Shown piece by piece: positions 51,734 through 62,838 of a stretch of DNA of 64,000 nucleotides. Positions within the stretch are counted from its first letter, which is position 1. Each line of letters opens with the position of its first letter. The notes under the pieces were generated by a model. It had not been told where the DNA came from, did not search any database, and saw only the letters and a program-made list of their open reading frames with translations. Position numbers and translations under genes: made by a program. This DNA comes from an uncultured Chloroflexia bacterium (GTDB lineage: Bacteria > Chloroflexota > Limnocylindria > Limnocylindrales > CSP1-4), in NCBI GenBank assembly GCA_963833225.1, contig CAWHXD010000008.1, forward strand, positions 960,001 through 1,024,000, in the 5' to 3' direction.

Positions 51734-52306
51734 TCAGGGCAGCGGCGTCGCGGGTCCCCAGAGGCCAAGCCCGGCGTCGCGCGCGACGCGCTCCGCCGCA
51801 CGGAGATCCTCCTGGAGCCGGATGTCCGGCGGAAAGCTCACCGCGCTCGCGTAGCCCTGGCGAACCAGCTCCAGGTTGACCAGCAGCCAGCCCTCGCCTT
51901 CGCGCAGCCAGACGTATCGCAGCAGGCGGTCGAACCGGTCCCGGTCCGAGACATCTCGCTCCAGGACGACCTCGCGGCCCCCGACGAGGGCGTCGTTCGC
52001 GGCCGATGCCTCGTGCCCCATGAACGCGACGGGCGTGCCGGGCTTCACGCTCTCAGGGGCGTCGATGCCCACGTACCGCAGCCGCTCGTCACCACGCCCG
52101 CGGTCCACGATGATCGTGTCGCCATCCACCACGCGGACCACGACCGCGATCTCGGTGGGGCCGATCGGGGCGAGCGCGGTGCTCGCGGTCGGCACGGGGC
52201 CTCGCGGGGACGCCGTGACCGGTGCCCTGCTGCCACTCGCCGTCCCGCAGCCCGCCAGCCACGCGGCCGCGGAGACCAGGAGCAGGAGCCGCGTCACCGT
52301 CCGCAT
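51734..52306 (-). CDS. Thermonuclease (SNase) family lipoprotein
   Basis: Lipobox WLAGC, VVDGDT, RYVGIDAPES, DRFDRLLRYV, N.ELV..GYA, GLW; leaderless TACGGT-N6-ATG. Confidence 0.88.
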   Translation of the reverse strand: MRTVTRLLLLVSAAAWLAGCGTASGSRAPVTASPRGPVPTASTALAPIGPTEIAVVVRVVDGDTIIVDRGRGDERLRYVGIDAPESVKPGTPVAFMGHEASAANDALVGGREVVLERDVSDRDRFDRLLRYVWLREGEGWLLVNLELVRQGYASAVSFPPDIRLQEDLRAAERVARDAGLGLWGPATPLP

Positions 52307-52338
52307 CGGCCCACCGTACCGTGGCCGGCGGCCTCGCC

Positions 52339-53833
52339 CTAGTTGACGACGATGTCCAGCGGCCTGCGGGAGCGCCGCGAAGACCTCGAACAGGCCGACG
52401 GCCGGCCTGCTGCCAAGGGCCGCGAAGGACCCGTCCACGTCGTCGACGACGTCGATCACGAGCGCCCAGCGCCCGGGGGCGTCGGGAGCGGAGATGGTGG
52501 CATCCACGCGGGTGGTCTCGCCCGGCCCGAGCGGCACGCGGCGCAGCTTGACCGTGGTGGTGGCATGGAGGGCGCGTTCACCGACACCGGGCCTCTCGGG
52601 GGCGTCGGCCAGGACGGATGCCGAGTCTCCCAGCCGGATCCATGTCGCCACCAGGTGGGTCTGGCGGGCAACGAACATTCCCTCGACGTTGGCCCGCCTC
52701 GGATCCCGCCAGGTTGCCTCGCCGGTGTTGGTGACGATCACCGTGAACGGGACGGTTGAGCCCGGTGCCGGAGCGCGGTCGTCGGCACGCAGATGGAGCG
52801 CTGCGCTTCGCGCGCCCGGCACGAACGCCGCCACTGGCCCGGAGGCGGCCACTCGCTTGCCGAACCGGCGATCCGCAAGGGTGAGCGTCACCATCCAGGC
52901 GCCGGGCGCGGTGGGCACCGCCGCCGACGCGGTGAGCGTTCCGGTCGCCACCCGGGCGACGGGTCGAGCCGGAGCGGGTTCGGATGTGACCTGGGTTCCG
53001 GAATCGACGGCAAGCGCGGCGGCGATCAGCGGATCGTCCGCACGAGTGGCGGTGGCGCGGACGTCGGCGCCACCGAACCGCCAGCCGCGTGGCGTGCGCA
53101 GGGGCCAGGCGACGGTGACGGCCAGGGCGGATGCGCCGAGGGTCGGGGTGCTGAGCACGACGCCCTTGAATGGCGCCGGCCTGGCGGTCGGGGTGGCAAT
53201 CGCCTGGACCTTGCCCCCCCTGAACCAGGCGAAGCGGTACAGGCTCCCGATGCTGATCCACTCGCCGGCGTACGGGCCACGCCCGAGGGGATCCATGAGC
53301 CACACGCGGCCACGCTTCGCGTCGTACCGCTCCACGTACACGGCGTGGTCGTCGGTCTTCCCCTTGCCATTCCAGAAGCGGTGATCCCAGCGTCCGAACC
53401 AAGCCGGCAGCTTGCCGTAGTCGCCGAGCACCACGGCGCCGGCGCCGGCCTTGAGACGCGCGAGCAGCCCCGCCCAGGTCAACGTGCTGTCGCCGCCGGC
53501 ACTGAGCGGGAAGTCGAAGCCGAGGCTCCGGAGCGCCACCTGCATGTCGGAGAACGACGAGCCGCCCGCCAGGTCTCCCGACAGGCGGCGAAGCCGTTCA
53601 TGAGACACGCGGACATCGCCGTTGGTCCACTTGTCGAGGAGCATCGCGGCCGATGCCCAGAGGCAGTCACGCCACGGCCGCACATCGGTCTCGGTCACGA
53701 ACGCCGCCCGATGCCCGGGCAGCGGTCGCGGCGGTTCCAGCGCGCTGGCCGGCGCAGGGGCGACGCTGAGCAGGGTGGCGGCGGCCAGGAAGGTGGCGGC
53801 GAAGAAGGTGGCGCGTGAGCTTCGGTTCGGCAT
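52339..53833 (-). CDS. Secreted C39-like (papain-fold) peptidase with Ig-like C-terminal domain; probable frameshift near 52365 makes it read into the nuclease gene
   Basis: DCLWASAAMLL (Cys), DHAV (His), LMDP (Asp); V.N.G..TW NBR1-Ig-like motif; an alternative frame ends LDIVVN* at 52339. Confidence 0.7.
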
Positions 53834-53981
53834 TCCGGCGTGACTGCGGCGGTGGCAACGCCGGCGAAGCACCGGGGCGTGGATGACCGCGGGGGGATGC
53901 CCTCAGCGTGCCGGGGCCTGGGTCACGCGGCCATGGATCGGCAGTCCGGTGGACCGGTGGCCGATGGTCCCGACGCCGGGG

Positions 53982-54872
53982 TCAGGGCCAGGAGATCGTG
54001 GCGTCCAGCCCGGTGACCCCGAAGCCGTCGTTGATGTTCTGGAGCAGGAGCTTCCACGGGTTGCCGGGCGTGACCGGGATCGATGCCCGGGCCCCGATGG
54101 ATGGCCCCTGGTCCGCCAGCACGATCGAGGTGTTGCTGCCACCCTGCTCCAGCAGGTCGATCTCGTAGCTGAACGGATGGCCGCCCCACGTCGCGTCGAG
54201 CGTGACCTCACCCGCCTCCCGGGGCGCGACGAACACCTGGAGGCCATTGGTGTCCGGGAACTGCGTGCCGTCGAAGCGGGCGTTGGCGATCGTGAGGGAG
54301 GGGTTCCGGGCCGGGAAGGTGATCGTGACCTCCACGACCGGGGCGAAAATCCCGTCACCCCGGAGCGTCACCGTGAAGTCCGCGTTGCGAGTGGTGGTCG
54401 TCGCCGTGATCGTGCCGACCGCGGTCGTCTTGCACCCTACGCGCTTGCCGTCCTTCGACAGGCAGAGGACCGTGGTGCCCTGGGGTGAGATGTTGCGGAT
54501 CGCGACGGTCACCGTGCCCGTTCCCTGGCTGCGGAAGCTCAGCTTGCGGTTGAGCCCATCGGGGTCGTCCTTGGCGTCGAGCTTGAGCGCGGTCAGGACC
54601 ACGACCGTGTTCCGCCCCGGGGCGACGGTGGGCGACGGGGCGGGGGTCTCCGTCGGCGCGATCGTGGGCGACGGCAGGCTTGTGGCAGATGGCGCCTCGG
54701 ACGGGGTCCCGGTCGGGCCGGGGGGCTCCGTGACGACCGCCGCCGGGCTCGGGCTGGGCGAGGCCCCAGTCCCGCCGCCGCTTCCGTCGAGCAGCACGAA
54801 GGCCAGCACCCCGCCTCCCACCACGGCGATCACGAACACCAGCGCGACGACGAGACGCTGCGGAGTGGTCAT
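53982..54872 (-). CDS. Hypothetical membrane-anchored protein with Pro/Thr linker and beta-sandwich domains
   Basis: N-terminal TM, SPSPS/PT linker; leaderless TACCAT-N6-ATG. Confidence 0.75.
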   Translation of the reverse strand: MTTPQRLVVALVFVIAVVGGGVLAFVLLDGSGGGTGASPSPSPAAVVTEPPGPTGTPSEAPSATSLPSPTIAPTETPAPSPTVAPGRNTVVVLTALKLDAKDDPDGLNRKLSFRSQGTGTVTVAIRNISPQGTTVLCLSKDGKRVGCKTTAVGTITATTTTRNADFTVTLRGDGIFAPVVEVTITFPARNPSLTIANARFDGTQFPDTNGLQVFVAPREAGEVTLDATWGGHPFSYEIDLLEQGGSNTSIVLADQGPSIGARASIPVTPGNPWKLLLQNINDGFGVTGLDATISWP

Positions 54873-54890
54873 GGCCGCATGGTAGGCACG

Positions 54891-55400
54891 TCAGGCCTCG
54901 CGCGCGGCCGCGGGCTTCGCCAGCCCTTCGACCACCTCCACGTTGGGCAGCGCCAGCAGGATTGACGCCGGCGCGATGACCTTCCAGCTGCGTGACCCAC
55001 CGCCGAGCACGATCCGCTCGCGGGTCATGACCGCCGCATCCACCCAGACAGGCAGCGTCGCGGGCAGCCCGAACACCGTCACGCCGCCGATCGCGTGACC
55101 CGTGATGGCCATCGTCTCCTCGAGCGAGGCGAACGACGACTTGCGTCCGAAGCGGGTCTTGATCGCCCAATTCACGTCCAGCCGATGGGTCGCCAGGACG
55201 ACGCAGGCCGCGTAGACGGGCACGGCGCCCTTGCCGACGACGATGATCGTGTTGGCGGAATCCTCCATCGCAAAGCCGTAGGCGGCACAGAACGCCGCCG
55301 TGTCGGCGAGCGCCGGGTCACAGGCGAACAGCTCATGCTCGCCGCGGCCGGCCAGGGCCGCCTCGAGGGCGGCGCGATCGGGATCCGTGTCGGCGGCCAT
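54891..55400 (-). CDS. YbaK/EbsC (aminoacyl-tRNA deacylase-like) protein
   Basis: ADTAAFC..YG....SAN.I.V, SFA......TG..IGGVT.FGLP, GGGSRS.K. Confidence 0.88.
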   Translation of the reverse strand: MAADTDPDRAALEAALAGRGEHELFACDPALADTAAFCAAYGFAMEDSANTIIVVGKGAVPVYAACVVLATHRLDVNWAIKTRFGRKSSFASLEETMAITGHAIGGVTVFGLPATLPVWVDAAVMTRERIVLGGGSRSWKVIAPASILLALPNVEVVEGLAKPAAAREA

Positions 55401-55514
55401 GGCGCGCAACGGTAGCCAAGAACGGGGCTCGCTGTCCATGTCGCCGGCGCGCGGTCCGCCCGGGCAGAGGCGAATCTGGGCAACTCTCGGTAGACCCGAT
55501 CGCTACAGTAGAGA

Positions 55515-55570
55515 GGTCTCAAAGAGACCCGGAGACGCCCGACCTTCCCCCCAGGTCGGGCGTCTCTCCG
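55515..55570 (+). ncRNA. Candidate small RNA with a UCCCCCC-loop hairpin
   Basis: TACAGT (55504-55509), then GGTCTC-AAA-GAGACC and a perfect 14-bp stem with loop TCCCCCC; no ORF follows. Confidence 0.45.
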
Positions 55571-55688
55571 TCAGGGGCCGGGGGCCGGGGCCGGACCTGA
55601 CGGTGCCCTCGACGGCGGCGTTCGCAGTCCCTGCCCTCGGCTGATCAGCGCGGCCCGGATGTCGGCCTCCGGGCGCCTGCGCCCCGCG

Positions 55689-56486
55689 TCACCCGCGAGC
55701 GGCGTCCTGCTCGGCAAGGACGCGCACCACCTCGCAGGCGAGGTCCGCCAGTCGCTCGATGTGGTCCACGCCGTGCTCGATCTGGCCGGCGGGGTCGAAC
55801 TCGCCACCAGTCTGGGCGCTGACGTGGCGGACATGGTCGAGCATGACGGCGATGCCGCCGGCGCGCAGGCCCCAGAGCCGGGCCAGGACGAAGATCAGGC
55901 TCGCTTCCATCTCGGCCGCAAGCACGTTCTGGCGGGCGAGATCGTCAAAGTGGTCCCGCCACCACGACTGCCAGTAGCCACCGAACGATGACCCGGGCGT
56001 GGCGTGACCCGCGTAGAACGTGTCCGCACTCCGGGTGAGGCCGACGTGGTACGGCATGCCCATCCCCTTGGCCGCAGCGATGGCCGCCGCCACGACCTCG
56101 TGGCTGGCGACCGCCGGGTACTCGATCGGGGCGTAGAGACGCGACGCCCCCTCGAGCCGGACGGCACCGTCCATGATGGCCATGTCCCCGATCTTGACGT
56201 GGTCGAGGAAGGTGCCGGCCGTGCCGACCCGGATGAACGTCGTGGCGCCGCAGCGGGCGAGCTCCTCCATGGCGATAGACGTCGAGGGGGCCCCGATCCC
56301 GGTGGACGTGCAGCTCACCGGCGCACCGCGGTAGACGCCCGTCCAGGTCACGTACTCGCGGTTGGTGGCGACGTGATGCGCCTCGTCCCAGCGGGACGCG
56401 ATCACGGCCACGCGGCCCGGGTCCCCGGGCAGGAGCACGACCGGGGCGATGTCGCCGGGCTCGATGTCGAGGTGGTACTGGGGCAT
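55689..56486 (-). CDS. udp: Uridine (nucleoside) phosphorylase
   Basis: QYHL, LLPGDPGR, NREY, STGIGAPS..IA.EEL, IRVGT, EME. Confidence 0.9.
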   Translation of the reverse strand: MPQYHLDIEPGDIAPVVLLPGDPGRVAVIASRWDEAHHVATNREYVTWTGVYRGAPVSCTSTGIGAPSTSIAMEELARCGATTFIRVGTAGTFLDHVKIGDMAIMDGAVRLEGASRLYAPIEYPAVASHEVVAAAIAAAKGMGMPYHVGLTRSADTFYAGHATPGSSFGGYWQSWWRDHFDDLARQNVLAAEMEASLIFVLARLWGLRAGGIAVMLDHVRHVSAQTGGEFDPAGQIEHGVDHIERLADLACEVVRVLAEQDAARG

Positions 56487-56501
56487 GAGCCTGCCTCCGG
56501 A

Positions 56502-56771
56502 TCAGGCGCCGGCGAGGAGATCCACCACGCGCGGCTTGGCGGCTTCGAGGAGATGGTCGTCGAGCATGCGCGACGCGGCCTCCACGTGCGGACAGACCCC
56601 GTGCGCCTGGCTGAACTCGCAGTCACACGACCATCCAGCCTCACCGAGGCGGATCACGTGGCTCCCGCCTCCGGACTCGAACGTCCCCTCGATCGCGCGG
56701 ATCTGGAGACGGTCGCGCTCCTGGGCGTAGCGGTGCGCCTTCTCGGCCTTGGTGACGATGGTGCTCTGCAT
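56502..56771 (-). CDS. Small SWIM-type zinc finger protein
   Basis: K.EKA.RYA.E, W.CDCEF....GVCPH (CxC...CxH). Confidence 0.78.
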   Translation of the reverse strand: MQSTIVTKAEKAHRYAQERDRLQIRAIEGTFESGGGSHVIRLGEAGWSCDCEFSQAHGVCPHVEAASRMLDDHLLEAAKPRVVDLLAGA

Positions 56772-57112
56772 GACGGGCTGGAACCTCTGCTCGATGGTGG
56801 GCGCGCGAGTGGCGATCGCGAGTGCTGGTCCGGGTCGGGTCCTCGTCATGAGATGGTCGAGCGGATGGAGCCAGCGGTCAAGGCCGCGTGGACTCGGCCT
56901 GACCCCTGCGGTCGCCGTCTTCGCAGCGGCGGAGGGCCGCCCGCGGCGACGGACCATCTGGCGGACCGGAATGGTCCGGTTGGCCCGTCACCGCGCGGGG
57001 CCATTCCCTCGATCCTCCGCGGTATCAGGTCGCCTCTCTCCCAGGCGGCCCGATGCGGAGGCTGGCCACGGGCAGGGTCACGCTTCCACAGCGACACCCG
57101 TGTCGCGCGAAC

Positions 57113-57170
57113 GAGCTGTGATCCCCCGGGGGCTCTCCCCGAGCCGGGGGATCACAGTTCTTCTCGTCTC
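57113..57170 (+). terminator. Strong hairpin with UCCCC loop and pyrimidine-rich tail
   Basis: CTGTGATCCCCCGG (57116-57129) pairs with CCGGGGGATCACAG (57144-57157), followed by TTCTTCTCGTCT. Confidence 0.55.
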
Positions 57171-57258
57171 CGGGACCCCACGGAGCGGCCAATCGGCCCT
57201 GTCCCGCGGGCGCGCCACTCCGTAGCCTGCCTCCACGACCCGAATGGAGGCATGTCGA

Positions 57259-57735
57259 ATGGTCACCGTGGCTGAGGCAGCAGCGGACTTCCTCGCCCAG
57301 AAGCGGATCGCGGTTGCCGGCGTGTCCCGCAACGCCGGGACACACAGCGGCAACGGGATCTACAAGCGGCTCCAGGAGCGCGGGTACGAGGTCTTCGCGG
57401 TCAATCCGAACGCCGACTCGATCGATGGCGAACCCTGCTTCCGAAGCCTCGATGCCATCCCGGGCGGCGTGGATGGCGTGATCATCGCCACCGCTCCCAC
57501 GGCGGCGGCCAGCGTCATCGCGGACTGCGAGCGGCTGGGCATCCGCCGGGCATGGATGCATCGGTCATTCGGCGGCGGCAGCGTCGACCCCGAGGCGAGC
57601 CGGATGGGCCGTGCGGCCGGCGTCACGGTCATCGAAGGCGGTTGCCCGCTGATGTTCGATCCCGCCGCCGATGGCTTCCACAAGTTCATGAAGTTCTGCA
57701 TCGGGTTCACGGGCGGGAGGCCGAACGCCGGCTGA
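57259..57735 (+). CDS. CoA-binding protein (YccU-like)
   Basis: RIAVAGVSR, VFAVNP, G..C...L..IP..VD, WM, GCP. Confidence 0.88.
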   Translation: MVTVAEAAADFLAQKRIAVAGVSRNAGTHSGNGIYKRLQERGYEVFAVNPNADSIDGEPCFRSLDAIPGGVDGVIIATAPTAAASVIADCERLGIRRAWMHRSFGGGSVDPEASRMGRAAGVTVIEGGCPLMFDPAADGFHKFMKFCIGFTGGRPNAG

Positions 57736-57825
57736 CGAGCGCGGCCGAGCCGCTGGCGCCCGCGGTCGCCAACCGATTGTGACCGTGCCGTTGCAGATAC
57801 TCCCCACCGGTATTGGTTTGGGGGG

Positions 57826-57854
57826 TTGTCAAGCGTGGTTCAATGGCCTAGACT
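57826..57854 (+). promoter_or_regulatory. Sigma70-type promoter of the sigma factor gene
   Basis: TTGTCA, 17 bp, TAGACT; hairpin TGGCGTGTC-GCTT-GACACGCCA just downstream. Confidence 0.7.
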
Positions 57855-58000
57855 TCTAATCCAATGGCGTGTCGCTTGACACGCCACTACGTGTGTCGGG
57901 AAGGCGTGGTCCTGGCATCGCTGTCCGGCCGCGGGCCGGGGTTGTGGTCAGATATCCCTTGGGTCGCACGGTCGGGTGCGACTCGCTCACCTGGAGCACC

Positions 58001-59575
<1,575 letters not shown>

Positions 59576-59591
59576 TCCTGGGTCCCCACTG

Positions 59592-59620
59592 CCGCCCGCG
59601 TCGCACGCCGACGCGGGCGG
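59592..59620 (+). terminator. Hairpin after the sigma factor gene
   Basis: CCGCCCGCGTCG-CACGC-CGACGCGGGCGG followed by TTGCTCGTT. Confidence 0.6.
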
Positions 59621-59717
59621 TTGCTCGTTGCCGGCCACCGGGCCTCACCGCCGTGCGATGACGGCCGCCATGCCGCATCCGGCAAACGGACTTGCGCCGG
59701 GGCCGTACAGTCCGCGG

Positions 59718-60167
59718 ATGAGCAGTCCCACCTCCGTTGAGCCCCAGCCCCGGGTCGACACCCTCGCCACCGATGCCGTGACCGGCGCGGCCGTTCGCCG
59801 GACCGAGTACCGGGGAACGGCCTGGTATGGATCGCGACCGAACGTCGGGTCGGTGATGGTCGCCACGTCGATGGGGAGCGCACGCATCGAGACGCCGTTC
59901 TTCCTGCCGGACAGCCTTCCTTACCGGGCGGACGTGGCAGGCTCGGCCCTGATCGCGGTCTCGGTCGCCGTCCAGTCAGCCGCCGACGAGGCACACCAGC
60001 TGATCGACTATCGCGCGACGCTTGAGCCTGATCCCCGAAACCCGCAGGTTGCCTGGGTCCAGCTCCAGCTGCGGGCATTCACGCGGACGCCGACGGCGGT
60101 GAGCTACGAGGTGCACGTGCTGGTGCCCCCGCAGGACATCCTGACGAGCGACTCGCCGGCCGGGTAG
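59718..60167 (+). CDS. Hypothetical protein
   Basis: Leaderless TACAGT-N6-ATG; coding-like beta-rich sequence. Confidence 0.65.
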   Translation: MSSPTSVEPQPRVDTLATDAVTGAAVRRTEYRGTAWYGSRPNVGSVMVATSMGSARIETPFFLPDSLPYRADVAGSALIAVSVAVQSAADEAHQLIDYRATLEPDPRNPQVAWVQLQLRAFTRTPTAVSYEVHVLVPPQDILTSDSPAG

Positions 60168-60184
60168 GCGCGCCGCGCTGCCGG

Positions 60185-61453
60185 CTACCCGCCCAGGGTG
60201 GCGTGGGGCCAGCTGACCGCGAACCGGGCGCCGCCCAGCGGCGAGACCGACACCGCCCACCGGCCGCCCGTCGCGCGGACGATCGCGTCGCCGATCGCGA
60301 GACCGAGGCCCGCTCCGTCTGCGACGGACGAGGTCACGACGGACCGGTGGAAGCGGTCGAAGATTCGCTCCCTGTCCTCGTCGCCGATCCCCGGACCGGA
60401 GTCGTCGACCGCCAGCGTGGCCCGCCCCGCGGCGTCGGCTCCGACGGTCACCTCGACCCGTCCCGACTCCTCCGCGTACTTGCAGGCGTTGTCGACGAGC
60501 ACGCCGACCAGGCGGTCGAGGAGCTCGGGCGGGGCGGCGACGATCACCGGGTGCGACGGACCGTTGACGACCAGGCCGAGGTGCCGGGTCTCGGCGATCG
60601 CGGCAAACCGGTCCACCGACTGGCGCGCGAGCGTGACCAGGTCCACCGAGTCCGCGGCCCGCGGTGTCGCGGCGGCATCGAACCTGGCCAGCCACAGCAT
60701 GTCCTCGAGCAGCCGGCGCATCCGCTTGGACTCGCGGTCGATCTTCCCGAACGCGCTCCGGTACCAGGCGGCGTCCCGTTCCGCGGCGAGCGCCAGGGAG
60801 GTGTGCGCCTCGATCACGGACAGCGGCGTGCGCAGCTCATGGGAGGCGTCAGCCGTGAACTCCAGCTGCCGCCGACGGGCCGCCTCGATGGGCGCGGCGA
60901 CACGGCGGCCGATGAGCACGGCGCCCACGAACACGCCGGCGAGGAGCAGTGGTGCGATCAGCAGCGAGCCGACGACGATCGTGCGCTGCGCATCGCCAAC
61001 GAAGGCCAGCGACTGGGCCACGACCACCTTGCTGGTGCCCACGGACGTCCCCGCGATCCGGACGCTGGTGTCGCCGATGGCGGCCGTGACCGGGTCCGTC
61101 ACCCCCCGGAGCTCCTCGGGCAGGTCGGGCATCCCGCTCTGCGCGAGGATCGTGCCGTCCTCCTGGATCGTCCATACGAGGACGCGGAACGCGAGCGGCC
61201 GCCCGGGGTCCTCACCGGGGTTGAAGCCGCCCGCGGGCGGCCGGAAGTCACCGCCGCCGGGGGCGCCAGCCTTGCCCGGCAACCGGTTGAAGGCCTGGGT
61301 GATGCGCTGGTCGATCTGGCCGGTCAGGTCGACGGTCGCATAGCCAATGACAGCTGCGGTGACGATCGCGTAGATGACACCCACGATGAGCGTCGCCGAG
61401 ATCGCGACCCGGATGGACTGGCGGCGGACGGCCGGGACGTGGCTCATGGTCAC
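60185..61453 (-). CDS. Two-component sensor histidine kinase
   Basis: Two TM, F.ADASHELRTPL H-box, LVDNACKY, DDSGPGI, IFDRF, GAGLGLAI. Confidence 0.95.
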   Translation of the reverse strand: MTMSHVPAVRRQSIRVAISATLIVGVIYAIVTAAVIGYATVDLTGQIDQRITQAFNRLPGKAGAPGGGDFRPPAGGFNPGEDPGRPLAFRVLVWTIQEDGTILAQSGMPDLPEELRGVTDPVTAAIGDTSVRIAGTSVGTSKVVVAQSLAFVGDAQRTIVVGSLLIAPLLLAGVFVGAVLIGRRVAAPIEAARRRQLEFTADASHELRTPLSVIEAHTSLALAAERDAAWYRSAFGKIDRESKRMRRLLEDMLWLARFDAAATPRAADSVDLVTLARQSVDRFAAIAETRHLGLVVNGPSHPVIVAAPPELLDRLVGVLVDNACKYAEESGRVEVTVGADAAGRATLAVDDSGPGIGDEDRERIFDRFHRSVVTSSVADGAGLGLAIGDAIVRATGGRWAVSVSPLGGARFAVSWPHATLGG

Positions 61454-62118
61454 TCTGGCTCAATCCGGTAGCCGGCGCCCCGGACGGTCACGATGCGCAG
61501 GCCGGCGTCCGGGAGCTTGCCCCGCAGCCGGGACAGCTGGACGTCGATGGCGTTGGACCCCAGCGGTTCGGTCTCGTCGGCCCACGCGTGCTCCGCGATG
61601 GCCTTGCGATCCACCACGGCGGGCATCCGCCGCAGCAGCAGCTCCAGGATCCGGTACTCGGTGGCGGTGAGGGACCGTTCCGCGTCGCCCACCATGACCA
61701 GGCGGGTGACGGGGTCCAGCGAGAGCCGGCCGCAGCGCAGGACGGGCTGGTCCACGCCACGCGGCCGTCGCTGGAGGGCGCGCACGCGCGCCAGCAGCTC
61801 GCCGAAGTCGAATGGCTTGACCAGGTAGTCATCTGCGCCGGTGTCCAGGCCGCGGATGCGGTCCTCGGGCGTGTCGCGAGCCGTGAGCATCAGCAGCGCC
61901 GTGGGCCGGTCGTGCCTGCGGACCCACGAGACCACGTCAATGCCCTCGGCGCCGGGCATTCGCCAATCGATCACGGCCACGTCGTACTCGTACCACCGGA
62001 GCTGGTCGATGGCGTCGTCGCCCCGGTCCACCGCATCGACGTGGTAGCCGGCATCGGCGAGGCCAAGGACCAGCACCTCCCGCAGGCCCTCGTCGTCCTC
62101 GGCCACCAGGATCCTCAT
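61450..62118 (-). CDS. OmpR-family response regulator
   Basis: ILVAEDD, D..MP, LTARD, GADDYLVKPF, winged helix TVRGAGY. Confidence 0.95.
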   Translation of the reverse strand: MRILVAEDDEGLREVLVLGLADAGYHVDAVDRGDDAIDQLRWYEYDVAVIDWRMPGAEGIDVVSWVRRHDRPTALLMLTARDTPEDRIRGLDTGADDYLVKPFDFGELLARVRALQRRPRGVDQPVLRCGRLSLDPVTRLVMVGDAERSLTATEYRILELLLRRMPAVVDRKAIAEHAWADETEPLGSNAIDVQLSRLRGKLPDAGLRIVTVRGAGYRIEPE

Positions 62119-62214
62119 GCCGTCCGTCTCCCTGCCCATGGTGATGCCTGCGAATGGTGCGGTGGCGTTTCTTGCGGACAGATGACGAAGAACGCCCGCG
62201 CCGCGCCGGGCACG

Positions 62215-62760
62215 TCAGCGGCCGGCGAGGATCGTCTCCAACTGCGCGTGGTGCCCCTCGAGGTGCGCCAGGATCATGCGCTCCAGCACGCGTTCCGCGG
62301 TCATCTCGCCCAGCCGCGGGTGGAGCCCCGTGGCGCTCCCCTCCCCTGGTTCGGCTTCGGCAAGCCGCTGCTCCCACCGGCCGATGCGGGCATCGATCCG
62401 CGCGAACAGCTCCCGGAGCGGGACGGTGCGGTCGCGGTCGATGATCGCCTGGCGCACGATGTCACCGGTGTTGCGGCCAAATGGCACCCCGTCGCCCGGG
62501 CTGCGGCCGGCTTCGACGATCCGCTCGTACTCCCCGAGCCAGAACGGCAGCATCTCCCCGAGATGGGCGAGGACCTCGAGCGGGCCCCACGCGGATTCGG
62601 GCCCACTGCCGCTGTCGATGGCGAGATCCCAGGGGCCACGGGCGGTGATGGGCTCCCGCAGGGCGGCAACGGCGGCGCGGAGGTCGCGGAGGCGTTCGAT
62701 GGCCGAGACGTAGGGTCGGGAAGGCTGGCTATGCCACGAGTGTGGCCCGACCGCCACCAC
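62215..62760 (-). CDS. DinB family protein (start uncertain)
   Basis: WGPLEVLAHL.E...FW, HP..GE, H.EGH..Q. Confidence 0.8.
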   Translation of the reverse strand: MVAVGPHSWHSQPSRPYVSAIERLRDLRAAVAALREPITARGPWDLAIDSGSGPESAWGPLEVLAHLGEMLPFWLGEYERIVEAGRSPGDGVPFGRNTGDIVRQAIIDRDRTVPLRELFARIDARIGRWEQRLAEAEPGEGSATGLHPRLGEMTAERVLERMILAHLEGHHAQLETILAGR

Positions 62761-62838
62761 CTGTCACCTCCAAAACCGCCGGTCGCTGCGGAGCGTACGG
62801 GTCCCTGTCCACTCCCCGACGAACCAGGAGAGTCATCG

